From positions 40,116,001 to 40,180,000 of the forward strand of contig NC_045697.1 of the NCBI RefSeq assembly GCF_009834535.1: DNA of 64,000 nucleotides, written 5' to 3'. Below, piece after piece: positions 60,755 through 64,000 of the stretch. The translations under genes were made by a program, and so were the position numbers. The stretch is from Camelus ferus. Taxonomy: Eukaryota. The first letter of the stretch is position 1, and the number at the start of each line of letters is the position of its first letter. The notes beneath the pieces were generated by a model, which was not told the DNA's origin, ran no database searches, and worked only from the letters and a program-made list of their open reading frames with translations.

Positions 60755-62785
60755 TGTTATTATATCAAGTCTTTATTAAGAAGTAAAGTGCTCAGTATTA
60801 CACATTAATGAAGTTCTCGATTGTTGAGAGACTTGCATATGTGACGATACTCTTTACGAGTATAGAGGGGGAGATGACAGGGGAGGGGTGAGGAGGGAAT
60901 GCTCCATGACTACGGAGGAAAAGAAATATGTAACATACAGGTAAAAAGAAAGAATTTGGCAAAATTTTACAGGTGAAATGAAAAACAGTATAAGTATCAT
61001 CAAAAGACTTTCTAGTGACCATAATTGATATATGGCACTTGGTCAATACACATGGATACCACATAATGGCTGCACTTCAAATTGAAGTTTGTTTACATGT
61101 AACAACACGGTACACAGACATAAATATGTATACTCAATATCCCTGGAATGCAAACGTCAGTACCGAGTAGTAAAGAACTCTATGTAGCATATTCAAAAGA
61201 AAGTAAAGATGGAGATGAAGCCAGGGGCAGTAATGGTTACAGAAACCCATGCATATCACTTCTGCAGAAGCCAGCTTGGAAGGGTTTGTTTGCTCACGTT
61301 TTCACTGAAGATTTGACTGACGTTCTAATCAATTACACGAACAACTGTGAGAGTTTAAACTATAGGATTAGAAACAGGCCTCTCTTCTCTTGTTCTCCAA
61401 GTGGAAGTTATTCACCCTCACTGCTTTCTCTCTTGCTTGTCCCATTAGCTCTCAAAAGGTCAGGTTACTCAACAGTTTTGAGAAATAAGATTTTTATTTT
61501 TTTGTTGAGAAATAAAATTATGTTCCCCATAAATTTGGTAAACCCCTCTCCTAACCAAAAAAAAAAACCAAAAAAAAAAAAGAAAACAAAACAAAACCAA
61601 AACTGATGCAAACTCAAACTTTGGTTGATACCTTCTGATAATGGTTGAACTTTCAATACCCAAAACTCCTTTTCATTAAATGGAGCTCCATTTAGGTCAT
61701 AATTTCTAGTTTTGAAATGCAGGCTCAAGAGTTTGAATTCTGTATTCTTAAAACAGTCTAAAACTCAAATTTTAGTTTTATAATATTTTATATGAATTTC
61801 AAAACTTCCTTAAAATTTTACTTAAAATGAACATATTTGCTGAGTTAAAACTTTCAGTGCATACTAAAAATGTTAGTAAGTTGGTCTTCCTAGATTAGTT
61901 ACAACATTAAATTTAGTTGCAAGTAAGTTGAGCCACATGGGAAAAAGAATATATGGGTAAATCTTTATACTAAACTAATTATTAGAAAAAATCAAATTTA
62001 GTGATTTGGCGCCTTCCAATTCTCCTATGTTCTGGTCAGAGATGCCACTTTAACCCATAATTGATCTTTGGTGGTTTCATAGAGCTTATGTCAAATGAGA
62101 GTGAAAATTGTGTAAAAATTAAGTGAAATGGTTAGACTCACAGGCATCAGATATGATAAAATAACAAAAAAGCATACTGTTTGTTCAACATTTATCGTAA
62201 CCATTCATACAAATTCTAGCATAATGACTACATACCCATTCTATGGTTTGGGGTTCTTTTCCAGCTCATCTTTTAGGAAAATGTACCCCAGGAAGGTAGT
62301 TGAAATAAAAGGCTCCTTTCTTAAAAGAAAGCTATGTATTAAGCCCACAAGCTCAGCCTGAGTGGAAAGGAGTGCCCCTATTTTCCCTTCTCACACTCGG
62401 CAAAAAGAACAATACTGATTTTTATGATTGGAAATAAAACTCAGAAGCCTTTTGACGGTTCTTTGCTAGCTTTAAAAGGCTACTTCATTGTCAGCTGAGG
62501 AGACAGTCACCGTAGAAGGGGGCATACCACTCAATATATTTTACAAAGTTTTTTGTTTCCTGTACTCAATATTTACATCTAGATTTCTTATATGAGAAAA
62601 AGAAAAAAAATCTTTGATCCATGGGCAAAGTTTTAGCTAAAATAAATTAAAGTGCAGAAGAATTAACGATTGGTCACAAAGACCAGCATCATACGGTGGT
62701 CAGGGCATATAAATAGTGTATTTGTTATGGCAATTCGGGACAGCCACCTTCTCACCTACTAAGGACACACACACTAACACATGTC
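60755..62785 (-). other. PKD2: PKD2 3' UTR (~2 kb; 3' end approximate)
   Basis: AT-rich sequence with no recognisable interspersed repeat between the stop and a - strand AATAAA at 60772-60777. Confidence 0.7.
60772..60777 (-). terminator. PKD2: PKD2 polyadenylation signal AATAAA
   Basis: TTTATT on + strand ~2.0 kb past the stop, close to where an old L1 begins. Confidence 0.65.
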
Positions 62786-63022
<237 letters not shown>

Positions 63023-63334
63023 CTAACAAAGGAAAAAGAAACCAAGATGTTGAGACAGTGATGGATACTCTTGCACTCAAAAATTGCCTTAGGAAATTTG
63101 GGGACCCAATAACTTTAATTAGGCAAGGCTGGAGATTTACAGCTCTTAACAGCAACTTCTCAGAATCACTGGAGTAATATATATATATATATATTTTATT
63201 TAATTCTATCAGTCATCCAGTGAAGGCAGGATCATTAGGATGAAGAGTATTAAGAAAGGAACACCTCCGGATTACCATATTATCTGCACTGATCTGCAAG
63301 TATGGAGGCAAAAAACCTCTCAGGTTAAGGGTTA

Positions 63335-63613
<279 letters not shown>

Positions 63614-64000
63614 TCAAATGGAAATACTAAGATTTTTTTTCTGAAACAATATTATAATCTAAAAACACTTTCTTAACAGTCTCAGACTATAGACATAAGC
63701 TCTCATACCCTGCTGATGGGAATGCTACCTGGCAAAACATTTTTGCAAGCCAACATTGTATCTTAAAAAGGTATGCCTATCCTTTCATTCAGTGGTTCCA
63801 TTTCTTGAAAATTCCTGAAGGAAATAAGTATATGTGTAATTTTTGGCTATAAGGATATTCACTAAGGTTCTGACCATTAATAGTGGGTCACTGAAAATGG
63901 TTACATCAAAAATTAGTAGAAGATTTTAAAATATATTATTATTCATCTATACAATAAAATTCTAAGATACCAGAAGTTATATTGTGATAGAATGAAATAG

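Noticed and set aside
61148..61606. 152-aa ORF antisense to the PKD2 3' UTR
   Set aside because: It ends in an A-rich, Lys-rich run and has no domain; consistent with a chance ORF.

Overview
Mammalian genomic DNA. The repeat content and the ABCG2 protein point to an artiodactyl, most likely a camelid (inference). The + strand holds the complete coding region of ABCG2/BCRP: 15 coding exons (orthologous to human exons 2-16), ATG 16869 to TAA 50542, 1971 nt, 656 aa, all introns GT-AG, no frameshifts. Its non-coding first exon and CpG-island promoter are not visible and probably lie upstream of the window. The last two exons and the ~2 kb 3' UTR of PKD2 lie convergently on the - strand (63545 down to ~60755). 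The rest is mostly transposon-derived: a dense, nested cluster of about eight ERV LTRs in the first 11 kb (ABCG2 intron 1), a young 2.9 kb 5'-truncated L1 between the genes, several tiny L1 3'-end insertions with intact target-site duplications (TSDs), MER58, Tigger and MLT elements, and an ERVL pol plus LTR16-like remnant. I cannot support a wholly new biological system. The best candidate for undescribed biology is the LTR cluster upstream of ABCG2 exon 2, which carries STAT5-type, octamer and CCAAT motifs and two sense-oriented promoters. Repeat family names and cross-species comparisons are from memory and need RepeatMasker/BLAST confirmation.
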